Positions 1 to 10,767 of a DNA stretch of 41,671 nt are shown piece after piece. The first letter of the stretch is position 1; each line of letters opens with the position of its first letter. The stretch is from Methanoregula sp. (lineage in GTDB: Archaea > Halobacteriota > Methanomicrobia > Methanomicrobiales > Methanospirillaceae). The stretch is from contig JBDKTL010000003.1 in assembly GCA_039698055.1 (NCBI GenBank), positions 1 to 41,671 on the forward strand, given 5' to 3'. Position numbers and translations under genes: made by a program. Under the pieces are notes generated by a model. The model was not told the origin of the DNA, did not search any database, and was given only the letters and a program-made list of their open reading frames with translations.

Positions 1-19
1 TATACCGGTTTGTCGACAC
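1..19 (-). CDS. Probable 5' end of a gene running off the left edge (MSTNRY...)
   Basis: On the minus strand a perfect AGGAGG (32-27) lies 7 nt upstream of GTG at 19. The frame is open to the window edge and preceded by an AT-rich promoter-like region. Product unknown. Confidence 0.4.
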
Positions 20-345
20 TATTTTGCCTCCTTTTTCGTTAGTAGCATAACAAAGTAAGGAGGCACTGTACCTTAGATCTTTCGGTCACTGTTTTACTTC
101 TGTGAACTCAGCATTTCTACAAAGCCATATAAAATACGATTTAAAAACAATCTTTGATACTCGGATTATGCAAATCCTTGAGGTTGTTTTATGTTCCTCC
201 AGAATATCGCAGCTTACGAGGATAATCTCATCGTATTATAATTCCCAAATCTAACACCCGGATATTTTAAAAAAAATAGCATTTTTAAAAAAAGTTCAAA
301 ACCATTTACCACTCTTAATGAACAATAAACGTTATTTTTATTATT

Positions 346-834
346 ATGAAGAAGGACCACGTAAAAGAAATCATCATTCAAGCTGCCGTGATCACCGTTT
401 CTACGACTCGCACACCAGATACGGATACCAGCGGGAAAGCGATAATGAGCATACTTTCTGCTGCAGATATACCAGTACAGCATTATGTAATTGTTACTGA
501 TCGCATTGACGCAATAAGGGCCGAAGTCAACCTGGTATTAAAAGATGCAAATTGTATCATTCTCAACGGTGGTACCGGTCTTACACATGATGATTGCACT
601 ATTGAAGCAGTTGCACCACTGCTCGAGAAAAAAATTGATGGGTTCGGAGAGCTTTTCCGTATAAAAAGCTACGATGAAATTGGAACCTCAACCATGCTGT
701 CCAGGGCACTTGCCGGTGTGATTGATGGAAAGGCAATTTTCTGCATCCCTGGTTCAACACCTGCTGTAACCCTTGCAACAAAAGAGCTTATTGTGCCAGA
801 AATCATGCATATTCTCTCACATGCAGGAAAATAA
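346..834 (+). CDS. moaB: Molybdenum cofactor biosynthesis protein, MogA/MoaB family
   Basis: Motifs VITVS, DTSG, GGTG..DD.T.EA, GFGELFR, SRA.AG, PGSTPAV. Confidence 0.92.
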   Translation: MKKDHVKEIIIQAAVITVSTTRTPDTDTSGKAIMSILSAADIPVQHYVIVTDRIDAIRAEVNLVLKDANCIILNGGTGLTHDDCTIEAVAPLLEKKIDGFGELFRIKSYDEIGTSTMLSRALAGVIDGKAIFCIPGSTPAVTLATKELIVPEIMHILSHAGK

Positions 835-1100
835 AATTTATCTGTCTTTGTCATATGACTTCTCTGTATTGGACAGGACTCTTTTTTTTGAATCAGGATA
901 TAGGGTAAAACCCCGGTTTAAACCTTTTTCACGGTTTTTAACCCTTAAAAAGATCAACGAACAAGAACCCGGGCCAAGTAGCGTGAAGGGTTTCAACAGG
1001 ATCGGGATTAGTAAAATATCTATGGCTCATGTAAGCCTGCAGAACCGGCCACACCTCTTAAGAATCTCCATGATTTTTTCCTAAATCACCGTCGTGTGAA

Positions 1101-1625
1101 CTACTTGTATACTTCAAGAAGAGCAACGCGTTCAAGCACGAGATCGACAACCCGGTTGATTCCACCGGCAGCATCCAGCTCTTCTGGAGTGATTCCATAT
1201 AATGCCATAAGCCGGGCGATCCGTTCCGGCGTCATCGTATCCTGGTTGTCGCATGTAAACTGCATATGCACGGCAAGATCGTTCCATACGGCATTGCAGG
1301 GTGGGCAACAGCATACAAATGCGGTATTGAAACCGTCATGAATGCCCCATGACACCGCCACTGTGCACTGCCGGGACCCGGCGGCATACAGCAATGCCTC
1401 CATCTCAAATGAATTGGATACCAGGGTCTTCTTGGCACATGCACGCTCTGCGTGATGGATAGCGATTTTGGCATGTCGCTCTCCGGCCATCTTTTCCACG
1501 TTAAAACAGATGATATGGGTGTTATGCACCCGGGCGATCTCCCGGATAACCGCGAGAAGTGCTGCCTGATCCTGCACCGTGAATGTGCCGACACGGATTT
1601 CACAGGGTTCTTGCAGGTCATCCAT
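1101..1625 (-). CDS. cgi121: KEOPS complex subunit Cgi121
   Basis: MEALLYAAGSRQC..A..G motif and C-terminal LVLERVALL. Start re-placed at ATG 1625, just after the hel308 stop. Confidence 0.88.
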   Translation of the reverse strand: MDDLQEPCEIRVGTFTVQDQAALLAVIREIARVHNTHIICFNVEKMAGERHAKIAIHHAERACAKKTLVSNSFEMEALLYAAGSRQCTVAVSWGIHDGFNTAFVCCCPPCNAVWNDLAVHMQFTCDNQDTMTPERIARLMALYGITPEELDAAGGINRVVDLVLERVALLEVYK

Positions 1626-1629
1626 GATA

Positions 1630-3798
1630 TCATCCAAAATGAAATAATTTTGATTGCCCGGTATGAACGTTTTCAGGAATATCCGGAACCGCCGCCCCCT
1701 CTTTTTTTGTTGGTTTAAGCTGGCTGAAAATCTGCTCAGCAATTCCTGCCCCAAGAATTCGGGTGATCTGCTCAATGCCCTGGGTCCGTATTGCCTCAGG
1801 TGATGTTATCCCATTATTAAAGAGACGACGGGCACGTACACGCCCAATCCCGCGTAACCGGACCAGGGGCAGGAGTTCTTTCCGGATCCCGTTTTTCATG
1901 CAGATTTCACAGTCCCGGATCTGCTGGTGCATTCCGGGTGCAAACATCCGTCCGAGCTCAGAACTGGCATGCAGCAGCCAGTTGATGCTTTCCACCATTC
2001 CATAGATATCTCCCGGACCAACCGAATACCGTTCGCATATTTTTGCATCCGGCATTTCATCAGTCCAGTCCGAGAGGAGCATGGCGGTTTTTAACGCCCG
2101 GTAGTATGACTCATACTCATCTTCGTCTTTGGGAATCGGGAGCCAGAGTTCCCCGGCGTGATCTTCCATCATGCGGGAGAGTGCGGGAAGATCGCTGTTC
2201 CGGGTATAAAGTTTTGGCATATCCGGAGTGCTGCATATCAGCTGGATCAATCCCATATCAGAATACTCATTCCCATCCCTTAGTGTACTGACAATTAGTG
2301 CAGCACTTCGGGGATCAATATACAGACGGGACACAAGTGTGCCAAATTCCGTGGAACCGAGGTGTTCGCCAACCTCAACGATCATATCCGCGCTGACCAG
2401 GAATGTTAATGCGCCCTCCACCACCCGGTTCATGAGCCGGCCCTGTTTATGCTCATGTACATAGTATGTCCGGTTCATGAATGACGTAAGCTCAGCCCTT
2501 GTCCGTGCGAAACCAGAGGCAACAAGAGAGAGTACATGAGTGTAGAGTGCAGTTTCTTCTGCAATGTGGGAATGGACTTCCTCAGCTGGGGCCTCAATAT
2601 AGCAATCAAATAGCTCCCTGACCTGATTTTCATCTTTTGCGATCAGCACCGCTTCGCCATAAGGGTCGAGCCTGGGCCTGCCCGCCCGTCCTGCCATCTG
2701 GTGATACTCGCTTACCGGGATAGGCTGCATCCCTTCACCAGCGGTAAATCGCAGGTAGTCGCGAATAATCACCCGTCGTGCAGGCAGGTTCAGTCCCGCT
2801 GCAAGAGTCGGTGTCGAAGAGATGCATTTAATCAGACCTTTGCGGAAACCTTCTTCCACGACAGAGCGTTCGTTGCGGCTCAATCCGGCGTGATGGAATG
2901 CGGCGCCTTTTGCAACGCAGGCAGCAAGTGTTTTACCCATCTCCGTTTCAGCTCCTGACAAGAGACGTTCGGCATATTCAGTGAGCTTAGGGTCGTCGCT
3001 TTTAATTGCCGAGGCACCTCGCTTGGCAAATGCTTCTGCATTCCGCCGCGAAGAAACAAACACAAGGCACTGACCCCCCTCGGCAATCGTATCAAGGCAG
3101 AGGTTAAGATCATCGTAATTTTTCGACACCTGTTTAACAGGGCGTTCCCCCTCACTAAAAATAATCCGGTTATTGCAAAAAACACCCTGGCGGAGGTCAA
3201 CCGGACGCCACAGACTGGTAACGAGCTCAGCGTCAAGCCACCCGGCGAGGGTTTTGGGGTTCCCGATGGTTGCTGAAAGTCCGATCACCTGCATTGACGG
3301 GTTCCGGTATCGCATCTTTGCGATCACCATCTCAAGCGTAGGGCCACGATCCGGTGAATCAATCAGGTGGACCTCATCAACAACCAGCAACGTGATATCA
3401 GAGATCCACCGGGTGCTGTTGCGGAGAAGAGAATCTACTTTTTCGCTCGTGGCAACGATAATATCATTTTTACCAAGAGAGTCATCACGCCGGTCCAGGT
3501 CCCCGGTTGAGATGCCGACTTTTACACCTTTGTTATTGAACTCTTCATATTTCTCGCTTGCAAGGGCTTTAAGGGGAACAATATACAGGCATTTTCCCCC
3601 ACGTGCAATATGACCGTGCATTGCCATTTCCGCCACGAGAGTTTTCCCGCTTGCGGTGGGAATAGACACGAGAAGATTTTTGCCATCAAGCATCCCGTTT
3701 TCAATGCAGGCAGCCTGGGGCGGGTAGAGGTCGGCAATTCCCGAATTCTTATAGATCTCTTTGAGAGCATCAGGAATCGCAATATCTTGAATTTGCAT
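1630..3798 (-). CDS. hel308: Ski2-like ATP-dependent DNA helicase Hel308
   Basis: LYPPQ Q-motif, [39 protein letters not shown] and C-terminal HhH (GIGRVRAR). Confidence 0.95.
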   Translation of the reverse strand: MQIQDIAIPDALKEIYKNSGIADLYPPQAACIENGMLDGKNLLVSIPTASGKTLVAEMAMHGHIARGGKCLYIVPLKALASEKYEEFNNKGVKVGISTGDLDRRDDSLGKNDIIVATSEKVDSLLRNSTRWISDITLLVVDEVHLIDSPDRGPTLEMVIAKMRYRNPSMQVIGLSATIGNPKTLAGWLDAELVTSLWRPVDLRQGVFCNNRIIFSEGERPVKQVSKNYDDLNLCLDTIAEGGQCLVFVSSRRNAEAFAKRGASAIKSDDPKLTEYAERLLSGAETEMGKTLAACVAKGAAFHHAGLSRNERSVVEEGFRKGLIKCISSTPTLAAGLNLPARRVIIRDYLRFTAGEGMQPIPVSEYHQMAGRAGRPRLDPYGEAVLIAKDENQVRELFDCYIEAPAEEVHSHIAEETALYTHVLSLVASGFARTRAELTSFMNRTYYVHEHKQGRLMNRVVEGALTFLVSADMIVEVGEHLGSTEFGTLVSRLYIDPRSAALIVSTLRDGNEYSDMGLIQLICSTPDMPKLYTRNSDLPALSRMMEDHAGELWLPIPKDEDEYESYYRALKTAMLLSDWTDEMPDAKICERYSVGPGDIYGMVESINWLLHASSELGRMFAPGMHQQIRDCEICMKNGIRKELLPLVRLRGIGRVRARRLFNNGITSPEAIRTQGIEQITRILGAGIAEQIFSQLKPTKKEGAAVPDIPENVHTGQSKLFHFG

Positions 3799-3941
3799 AT
3801 CAGTCCTTTTTATGCACGTTCTTTCATGGAATTAGATTCTGGTGGATCTGAATAACCCCCTATTCTCCACCAGCAAATTCCTGCAGGATCGCTGGTTGAA
3901 AATCAGGGTATATTAAACTGGTTCCACATTTTGAAGATGTA

Positions 3942-4487
3942 TCAGTAATAGTAACTGATCATGTCCTGCTTTGCTTCCTTCTTTTTCCGGTCTAAAAATG
4001 CGAACACGCTCTCGTGGGGCACACCTTCAACCAGCATATCGATGGCGGCCCGGGCAATTTTCATCTGCTCAGGGTACCCGATCAGCGCCACAGTATGACC
4101 AAATACTGACAGATCAACTTCGGTCATATTCTCGATCTGCTCGCGTGCACGACCGTCTTTTCCGATGATCCTTCCGCGGAGCCGGTCAAGTTTCTGAGGG
4201 TTGTCCGCAACGCGGGAGAGATCGATAATATCAAGAAGCAAATCCTCATCTTCGATCATCTCAAATGCCCGTTCCGGTGAAAATCCGCAATTGATTGCGC
4301 TGATGATCTCGACTGCACGCAGGAGAGGGATCGTATTTTCGTCAGTTCCCTCAACTTTTACCTGCCCTTCCTTACTATCGATCGTGATGGTTGTGTGGGT
4401 TTTAGCTTCAAGTTCTTTTTTGGTGGCGCCGCCTTTGCCTATCAGCACACCAACCCTGCTGGTTGCAATCTTTACTTCCTGAATCAT
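3942..4487 (-). CDS. KH-domain pre-rRNA processing protein (Dim2/Pno1/Krr1 family)
   Basis: Two GxxG KH motifs (LIGKGG, RIIGKDG), GFSPERAF, and position downstream of rio1. Confidence 0.93.
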   Translation of the reverse strand: MIQEVKIATSRVGVLIGKGGATKKELEAKTHTTITIDSKEGQVKVEGTDENTIPLLRAVEIISAINCGFSPERAFEMIEDEDLLLDIIDLSRVADNPQKLDRLRGRIIGKDGRAREQIENMTEVDLSVFGHTVALIGYPEQMKIARAAIDMLVEGVPHESVFAFLDRKKKEAKQDMISYYY

Positions 4488-4558
4488 ATAATTCTCCCTC
4501 GCGTCATTTTTTTAATTTTTTTGTTCTGCTGGTACATACACTATGCGTTCAATCTTTA

Positions 4559-5335
4559 TCATGGTTCAGCGGCATGCAGGCCGGTTATCGTATTGAACAC
4601 GTCATATTCAGTTTTGATATCACATCGTTTCTTAAAGAACCGGTTAATATTACGGATATCCCGCATCAGGAACTGGAGTGCACGGGGATGATCCCGGGTA
4701 ACTGACTGACCCATATCAATGATGTAGGGTTTGTCTCCGTACAATATATTGAACTCGCTGAGATCACCATGAACAATCTCTGCTTTTTTGTAGAGGATAC
4801 CGATGTAGTTCAGAATCATATCATATACTTCTGCAGGTTCACGGATGTCAGCAGTCCGCAGCTGGGGAAACGGACATTCCCCCTCCCCAAGAAACGACAT
4901 GATGAGAATATTCCTGTCCCAGACAATTGGTTCGGGCACCGGGATACCCGCGTCCTTTGCCCGCACAAGATTTGAAAACTCTTTTCGTGTCCAGGCAAAT
5001 ATCAGGTCTTTTCTTGATTTCTTCACCTGTGAAAACCGGCGATCCCCGGTAATATACGAGCTCATCGTGGTAAAATTTGCAGACTGGATCCGGTAGATCT
5101 TGATGGCGATGGCGGCCTCTTCGCGTTCGCCATAGAACACGTTGGCCTCCTTTCCTGTACTGATAGAGCCACCTATCGCGGTAAACCATTTCTTATGGGC
5201 AAGTTTGTGGAGGGCAAGGAATGTCACTTCGTCAAAGACATTGTCCCTGACCTTGAAGTTATTGGCATCTTTGATGCGGATTCCCATCTCCTCAAGACGC
5301 TGGTCGAACGCATCCTCTTTTTTTTCAAGACTCAA
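4559..5335 (-). CDS. rio1: Rio1 atypical Ser/Thr kinase
   Basis: ISTGKEANV, AIKIYR, HGDLSEFN, IDMGQ. Likely TTG start at 5335 with GGGGA upstream; the longer ORF overlaps tyrS. Confidence 0.93.
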   Translation of the reverse strand: MSLEKKEDAFDQRLEEMGIRIKDANNFKVRDNVFDEVTFLALHKLAHKKWFTAIGGSISTGKEANVFYGEREEAAIAIKIYRIQSANFTTMSSYITGDRRFSQVKKSRKDLIFAWTRKEFSNLVRAKDAGIPVPEPIVWDRNILIMSFLGEGECPFPQLRTADIREPAEVYDMILNYIGILYKKAEIVHGDLSEFNILYGDKPYIIDMGQSVTRDHPRALQFLMRDIRNINRFFKKRCDIKTEYDVFNTITGLHAAEP

Positions 5336-5373
5336 CGATAAATCCCCGGCATTTATGAGGTAGTATTCCTGTG

Positions 5374-6315
5374 TTAGTGTATATACTCGCGCACCGGAGC
5401 GAGGACTTCTGCCAGCGCTTCTCCACAAGCCTTTTTGAGATCGGCCGGGTGCACACCATTGGTACCGTATGCCGTTTCCAGTTCTGCATAACTGGCAAAC
5501 GTCCGGTCTCCCCCGAATTTTTCCGGGCGGTGGATGGTGATCTCTGTTAACCGGGGAAAGATATGGTGCTGGAAGATCTGGAGTACCGGGTTTTCTGCAA
5601 TTTCCGGTGGGCAGAACGCTTTCTGGCATTTCTTTTTAATGTCATCTTCACTGTCAGCGACCGAGATATAGTTGCCCTGTGAGGAGGACATCTTCTTTCC
5701 GTCAAGCCCGTTTAAGATGGGCGTATGGATGCAGACCGGTGCCTTGTACCCAAAATTCACGAGGTGTTCGCGGGCGAGCATGTGGATCTTGCGCTGATCT
5801 ATACCGCCGACTGCTGCATCCACTCCAAGCATTGCAATATCTGCCATCTGCATGATCGGGTAGACCATCTGTGAAACGGTGGGATGATCCATCTGCCTGC
5901 CTACTTCATCCATGCTCCGTGTCGCACGGGCGAGGGTAATCTGCTGGGAGAGCTGGAGTACAAGCAGTTCATAATCACGGCTCAGCTGGAGATCCGATCC
6001 CAGCACATACTTTACGTTCTTTAAACCGAGCCCTTCAAAACAGCGGCGGTTATATTCGGCGAGCTCCCCTACCCGCTCCATCGTCCCTTTCCGGTTGAGA
6101 AAAGCATGAAGGTCTGCAAGCAGCACGACAACTTCAAACCCGGCTTCCTGGAGGTCGACCAGCTTATTGATTGTTACCAGGTGACCAAGATGGATCTCGC
6201 CACTGGGTTCGTACCCCGCGTAAACCTTTTTTACAGGTTTTGAGATAAGAGCGCGGAGATCGTCTTCGGTGACAATCTCAACAGTATTCCGGGTAATCCG
6301 TTCGTACGCGTCCAT
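5374..6315 (-). CDS. tyrS: Tyrosine--tRNA ligase (archaeal type)
   Basis: YAGYEPSG..HLGH, YPIMQMAD, GGIDQRKIH, KMSSS. Start placed at ATG 6315. Confidence 0.96.
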   Translation of the reverse strand: MDAYERITRNTVEIVTEDDLRALISKPVKKVYAGYEPSGEIHLGHLVTINKLVDLQEAGFEVVVLLADLHAFLNRKGTMERVGELAEYNRRCFEGLGLKNVKYVLGSDLQLSRDYELLVLQLSQQITLARATRSMDEVGRQMDHPTVSQMVYPIMQMADIAMLGVDAAVGGIDQRKIHMLAREHLVNFGYKAPVCIHTPILNGLDGKKMSSSQGNYISVADSEDDIKKKCQKAFCPPEIAENPVLQIFQHHIFPRLTEITIHRPEKFGGDRTFASYAELETAYGTNGVHPADLKKACGEALAEVLAPVREYIH

Positions 6316-6340
6316 TAAAAAGAATGGGTGATGATTGGAG

Positions 6341-7372
6341 TTAATGGTTATTCTGGATGGGAACAAAACCAAGGGCGTCGTTGGTCATCTTTATTGATGT
6401 CGCTGCATCCTTGCAAAGACCGGTCATTGCCCTGATTGCATCGACATTTTCAACCACAACATCCGCTTCCTGGTGGATTGCCTGGAAAAAACAGAGCTCG
6501 TTTTTGTTCGCATAGATGGAGTCTTCAAAGATGCAGTTCTCATAGAGATCAGCACGTTGTCGTCCCAAATCCATTGCAAACTCCTTGAGTTCCGCGGTAC
6601 TTCTGATACCGGCACTTCTCTTTACCAGTCCCATGCGAGGGTGCTGTGTGATGAGTTCGCTCACTTTTTCGCGGTTTACGTCTTTTTTCGTTGTGATCCG
6701 GATCGCATGCATGTGCATCATGGTTGTCGGCACGATCATTGCCATCGTCGTGATAGAGATGTGAGGAAGAACAGTCTGGACATCGGGGCCATGGTGACTT
6801 GGGACAGTTACAGGGTCAAGAACAACGGCATCGATTGGCCCCTTCTTAATCTCTCCGGGATCTGATCCGCGCCTGACCATGATGGCATGAACATGTGCAA
6901 CGCCATATTCCTTATCAATCTCGTGGATAATCCTGCACAGACCGGTTGTGTTGCAGGATACAACACGGACAAACTGTCGCCCGATGGCGCCGTTATAATT
7001 ACATGAAGAATTAAAGGAGAACCCGGCGATTTCGTGGTCCTCCCCACCCTGCCAGAGTGCCTTTTTCCCCAGTTTTTCATAGAGTGGTTTGTTTGTAGCT
7101 CCGACATCTCCGGGGGTTGCATCTACAATAATGTCTGCGGCTTTGCACATGTCTTCGACTGAACCGGCAACAGGTAATCCCACTTTTTCAAACGCAGGTT
7201 TTTTGGAAATGTCTGCGATGTAGAGCGGGTATCCCCGCTGTTTTGCGATGAATGCCTCGGCGTTCGGGCGGGTCTTTGATACCCCGATCACCTTCATATC
7301 TTTCTGGGCAGCAACTGCATCGGCAACACGCTTTCCGATGGTGCCGTAACCATTGATGGCAACCTTGATCAT
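6341..7372 (-). CDS. gap: Type II (archaeal) glyceraldehyde-3-phosphate dehydrogenase
   Basis: INGYGTIGKRVADA, VVSCNTTGL, SHHGPDV, HQEADVV.ENVDAIRAM. Confidence 0.96.
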   Translation of the reverse strand: MIKVAINGYGTIGKRVADAVAAQKDMKVIGVSKTRPNAEAFIAKQRGYPLYIADISKKPAFEKVGLPVAGSVEDMCKAADIIVDATPGDVGATNKPLYEKLGKKALWQGGEDHEIAGFSFNSSCNYNGAIGRQFVRVVSCNTTGLCRIIHEIDKEYGVAHVHAIMVRRGSDPGEIKKGPIDAVVLDPVTVPSHHGPDVQTVLPHISITTMAMIVPTTMMHMHAIRITTKKDVNREKVSELITQHPRMGLVKRSAGIRSTAELKEFAMDLGRQRADLYENCIFEDSIYANKNELCFFQAIHQEADVVVENVDAIRAMTGLCKDAATSIKMTNDALGFVPIQNNH

Positions 7373-7558
7373 ACAGCGAAAGTGTATGAAGCAAACGAGA
7401 TAAATGTTGCTTGTTGTGGTTTGTTTTACAAATGACTCATATCACCATGCAGAGCGAAACGTTCGCAGAGTGTCAGGATTGTCAATAAACAGGTTTTCAA
7501 GGGATGAGTTGCAATTTCATGAACACGGCTGTAAGAGTGCAGATTGCCAAGATTGTTC

Positions 7559-8050
7559 TCACACATACAGCGACTGGATTTTAACCACTTCAGCGCTATC
7601 CTTTGCTTCAGCATACAAATCAAGGGGCTCTTTATTTACTTCCAGGAACCGGGTACCCCATCCGACACGCCCGAGAATCACTGCAGCCCGCTCCCGCTCT
7701 CCAAGGATATACAATGATGCAGCGATTGCCTCAATTGAGGACAGCATGCAGGGTTTTCCAAAATTTACCGGGTTTGCTGCCATCAGGAAGGGAAGAGCCC
7801 TGCGGATTCTCCAGGAACTGACCTGACCGGTATCGAGAACTACCCACGAACAGTCCAGCGCCGTAATCGATTTAACACCTTTATCTGCCGGGGAGAGGGC
7901 CTGCTCAGCCGTAGGATCGAGAAGCAGAGTATTGCGTGGAATCTGTGAAATCTTATTGAAAATTTTCAGATAGCCCGCCCGCTCCAGTTTTTTTACCGTG
8001 CATTTACGAGGATCGCAGCTGTTGTCACGGTAAGCATAGAGCGATATCAT
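7559..8050 (-). CDS. tsr3: 16S rRNA aminocarboxypropyltransferase Tsr3 (DUF367)
   Basis: CDPRKCT..KL, LSPAD, DCSW, RALPFL.AANPVNFG, LSSIEA.AA. Confidence 0.93.
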   Translation of the reverse strand: MISLYAYRDNSCDPRKCTVKKLERAGYLKIFNKISQIPRNTLLLDPTAEQALSPADKGVKSITALDCSWVVLDTGQVSSWRIRRALPFLMAANPVNFGKPCMLSSIEAIAASLYILGERERAAVILGRVGWGTRFLEVNKEPLDLYAEAKDSAEVVKIQSLYV

Positions 8051-8080
8051 TGATCATCTATGCGTGCACACATTCCATTA

Positions 8081-8938
8081 ATGTACGTTCTCTGTTGTCC
8101 CTGCATCCTTACCCCGGCACTCCGTGCAAAAGGCATCACTAAATCCACCGATCTGGATTTGTTCGAACGTTGTATTACCCGGTGCAAAAAATTCGGGATA
8201 GATATGGTACCGTTGCCCTGCCCCGAGACGCTTTATCTGGGAGCAGAACGTGAGCCCGGCACATTTCTGGAACGATTGAACACACAAGAGTTTGCCCGGC
8301 TGCTCGATGAGCTCGAAGGGCAGATAAAAAAAATCATTAAAAAGCGTGGTCTGCCCCTGTGCATGCTTGGGGTCAATTCATCCCCAACCTGTGGGGTAAC
8401 CAGCACCTATTACGGAAGTAAAGGGAATGAACCAGCTAAAAGGGATGGGCGTGGTGTATTCCTTGCACGATTTCCTGATATCCGTGCAGAGGATGTAACA
8501 GAATTTGCGAAGTTCAGGATTTATCTGGCGGCGCCGTTGTTCTCAGAATCAGAGCGGGAATATAACAAAGTGATAGCTGAGATGCTCCGGCAACACTTGT
8601 TTGAAGTATACCTCCCGCAGGATATCGGCGATAATTGTCCCGTAAGGGAAACGTACGAGCACAATCGCATCTATGAACACAACAAACAGGCACTTCTCGA
8701 TTCTGATATTGTTGTATCAATTATTGACGGGGCTGATGCTGATTCAGGTACTGCGTGGGAGATGGGTTATGCGACGGCACTTGAGAAACCGGTGATCGCT
8801 CTGAGGACGGATTTCAGGATGGTGGGCAGGCAGGAGCGTGTCAATCTGATGCTGGAGCAGTCTGCAGGTGTTGTGGTGGGGTGTAAAAAAGAGCTCGTAG
8901 AGGCTCTAAACTCACTAGTACTCAAAATAAATCTTTGA
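8081..8938 (+). CDS. Fusion of a DUF523/TudS-like (thiouracil desulfidase) domain and a nucleoside 2-deoxyribosyltransferase/N-glycosidase domain
   Basis: N-half: PCIL, CPET..LG, SPTCG, GRGVF. C-half: IYLAAPLFS, PQ, DG...DSGTAWEMGYA..LEKPV. Start at 8081 or 8060. Confidence 0.85.
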   Translation: MYVLCCPCILTPALRAKGITKSTDLDLFERCITRCKKFGIDMVPLPCPETLYLGAEREPGTFLERLNTQEFARLLDELEGQIKKIIKKRGLPLCMLGVNSSPTCGVTSTYYGSKGNEPAKRDGRGVFLARFPDIRAEDVTEFAKFRIYLAAPLFSESEREYNKVIAEMLRQHLFEVYLPQDIGDNCPVRETYEHNRIYEHNKQALLDSDIVVSIIDGADADSGTAWEMGYATALEKPVIALRTDFRMVGRQERVNLMLEQSAGVVVGCKKELVEALNSLVLKINL

Positions 8939-9101
8939 AAAAATAGAAGAATCCTCTCATTTTTATCAATGGTCAGAAATATGCAGTGTATCATGTAAGA
9001 TGAGACGAGATTTTCAGCTGTGCCCCTATCAGTTCAATACTGGAAATTATCCTGAGTGCCAAATAATGGATGTTGTTGAAGGGGACTAACACTCTCTTCA
9101 C

Positions 9102-10625
9102 TCAACTCACCTTTTTTAATAGATATATTCCTGCGACTGATCCCGGTTGTTGTTGCGTATGACTGTTAAGATACTGCAAAGAATATCCGGAGGGATCTGC
9201 AGCCTGGATATCCCAGGTAACCACGAAATAAACAGCGCCGGTTTCATTATTGAGACTGTTGAACCCAGTCGCGTTATAGTCATTGATATATTTGATAAAA
9301 GTACCGTCACTTTGGTTTGAATAATAATATTTTAATGGTTGGATCATATAACTTGGTAAGGGAACAACGATATCCCCCGGTTTTGTTATAGTTTCCAGGT
9401 TTGATGAAAACCCTCGCCAGTCTTCTTTTTGAAAATTTGAATAATATGTGGCAAGGGGCATAATAGAAAGAAGGATAATGAGTGTTAAGGCAACGTATAC
9501 CCCTTTATTTTTATTAACATACCCAACCAGACGTTCAATTCCAATCCCAACAATTACCAGAAATATTGTAATAAGATAAAGGTGGTATCTGACATTGAAG
9601 GGAATCGAACTGGACATGTACATACTAATGATTATGGGAATAAACAGGAGAATTCCCAATGTAATTGCTGTGCATTTATTCGATCGCCATATCAGCCAGA
9701 TACCGACGGCCATTAAAACAATAAAAAATATCGCTACGATGTCATTTGAAAAGGAAAAGCTTGAAAATGTAACAAAAGGGATACTCCAGATATCTAATCC
9801 CCAGTTGAATATGTGTCCTGAGAAATACTCACTTTGATGCAAAAATGAACCGATTATTGGTAATACGAATACCAGTGCGACCAAATCTCCGAAAATAAAC
9901 AATTTGAAATCGCTGGGTAACATTGAATTAACTGAACCAATTTTTCCGCTCCATTTCGAAAAATCGAACTCTTTCATTCGCATAATGAAATAACCAATAA
10001 ACAAGGTTATAATTGCAAATGACGTGTAAAAATGCGAATAAAATGCGGCGGCGCACGCGACCCCGAATAATGTCCAGTCATACCATTGCCGGCTTCTACA
10101 TGACTTGAAAAATGCATAGTACGCAAGAGCCACAAACAGCACCGCAAAAGCATACATTCTCGCCTCCTGTGAATAATATATATCAAACGGCGAAACTGCA
10201 AGCAGCAATGCAGAAATGAGACCTACTTTTTCGTTCGTAATTTCCCGTGCAAGGAAAAAGATGACAACAACCGTTGCTACTCCGGCGCAAGCCGAGGGAA
10301 ATCGCAACCAGAACTCATTTGATCCAAGTATCCTGACTGCCCAGAGCGCCAAATTGAAAAGTGGGGGATGCCGGTCATTGAAGGCATTGGTCCAGACTTC
10401 TCCGGGGCTTGTTACGTTGGTGAGATAATAACTGCTGGCCTCATCAAGCCAAAGGGATTCCTTGCCGAGATCAAAGAACCGTAAAATAAAAGCTAAGAGA
10501 ATAATTGCAGAAAGAACCAGATATACCGGTTTTTTATAAAATGGTTTAGTTTGATTGAAGGACTCTTCATTATCCTGATCAGCCTGTTCAACAGGCTTTT
10601 TTTTATATGATCCTCGTTTACTCAT
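9102..10625 (-). CDS. GT-C fold membrane glycosyltransferase (PMT_2/GT39/ArnT-like)
   Basis: SLWLDE, HPPLF, LRFPS, SQEARMY and many transmembrane helices. Start at 10625 (ATG) or 10643 (TTG). Confidence 0.88.
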   Translation of the reverse strand: MSKRGSYKKKPVEQADQDNEESFNQTKPFYKKPVYLVLSAIILLAFILRFFDLGKESLWLDEASSYYLTNVTSPGEVWTNAFNDRHPPLFNLALWAVRILGSNEFWLRFPSACAGVATVVVIFFLAREITNEKVGLISALLLAVSPFDIYYSQEARMYAFAVLFVALAYYAFFKSCRSRQWYDWTLFGVACAAAFYSHFYTSFAIITLFIGYFIMRMKEFDFSKWSGKIGSVNSMLPSDFKLFIFGDLVALVFVLPIIGSFLHQSEYFSGHIFNWGLDIWSIPFVTFSSFSFSNDIVAIFFIVLMAVGIWLIWRSNKCTAITLGILLFIPIIISMYMSSSIPFNVRYHLYLITIFLVIVGIGIERLVGYVNKNKGVYVALTLIILLSIMPLATYYSNFQKEDWRGFSSNLETITKPGDIVVPLPSYMIQPLKYYYSNQSDGTFIKYINDYNATGFNSLNNETGAVYFVVTWDIQAADPSGYSLQYLNSHTQQQPGSVAGIYLLKKVS

Positions 10626-10767
10626 GCATGTTTGCCTGTCCAACGTAGTCCGGTGAAATTTATAATCATTCCTGTTTCACGAATAGTAATTCAATCTCTA
10701 TTAATTACTAAAGAGATAAAAAGGATAGATGATGGTCAGGTCAATATATAGTACTTTAAGGTGATCC

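Noticed and set aside
938-1071. Two tiny ATGA-linked minus-strand ORFs (MEILKRCGRFCRLT and a 30-aa ORF) after cgi121, with GGTGA upstream
   Set aside because: Too short, long SD spacing and no recognisable motif; indistinguishable from chance.
5336-5629. N-terminal extensions in the ORF track for rio1 (also cgi121, tyrS, radB, SelB-like and the 40756 ORF)
   Set aside because: They overlap neighbouring genes or lack family similarity, and better downstream starts exist.
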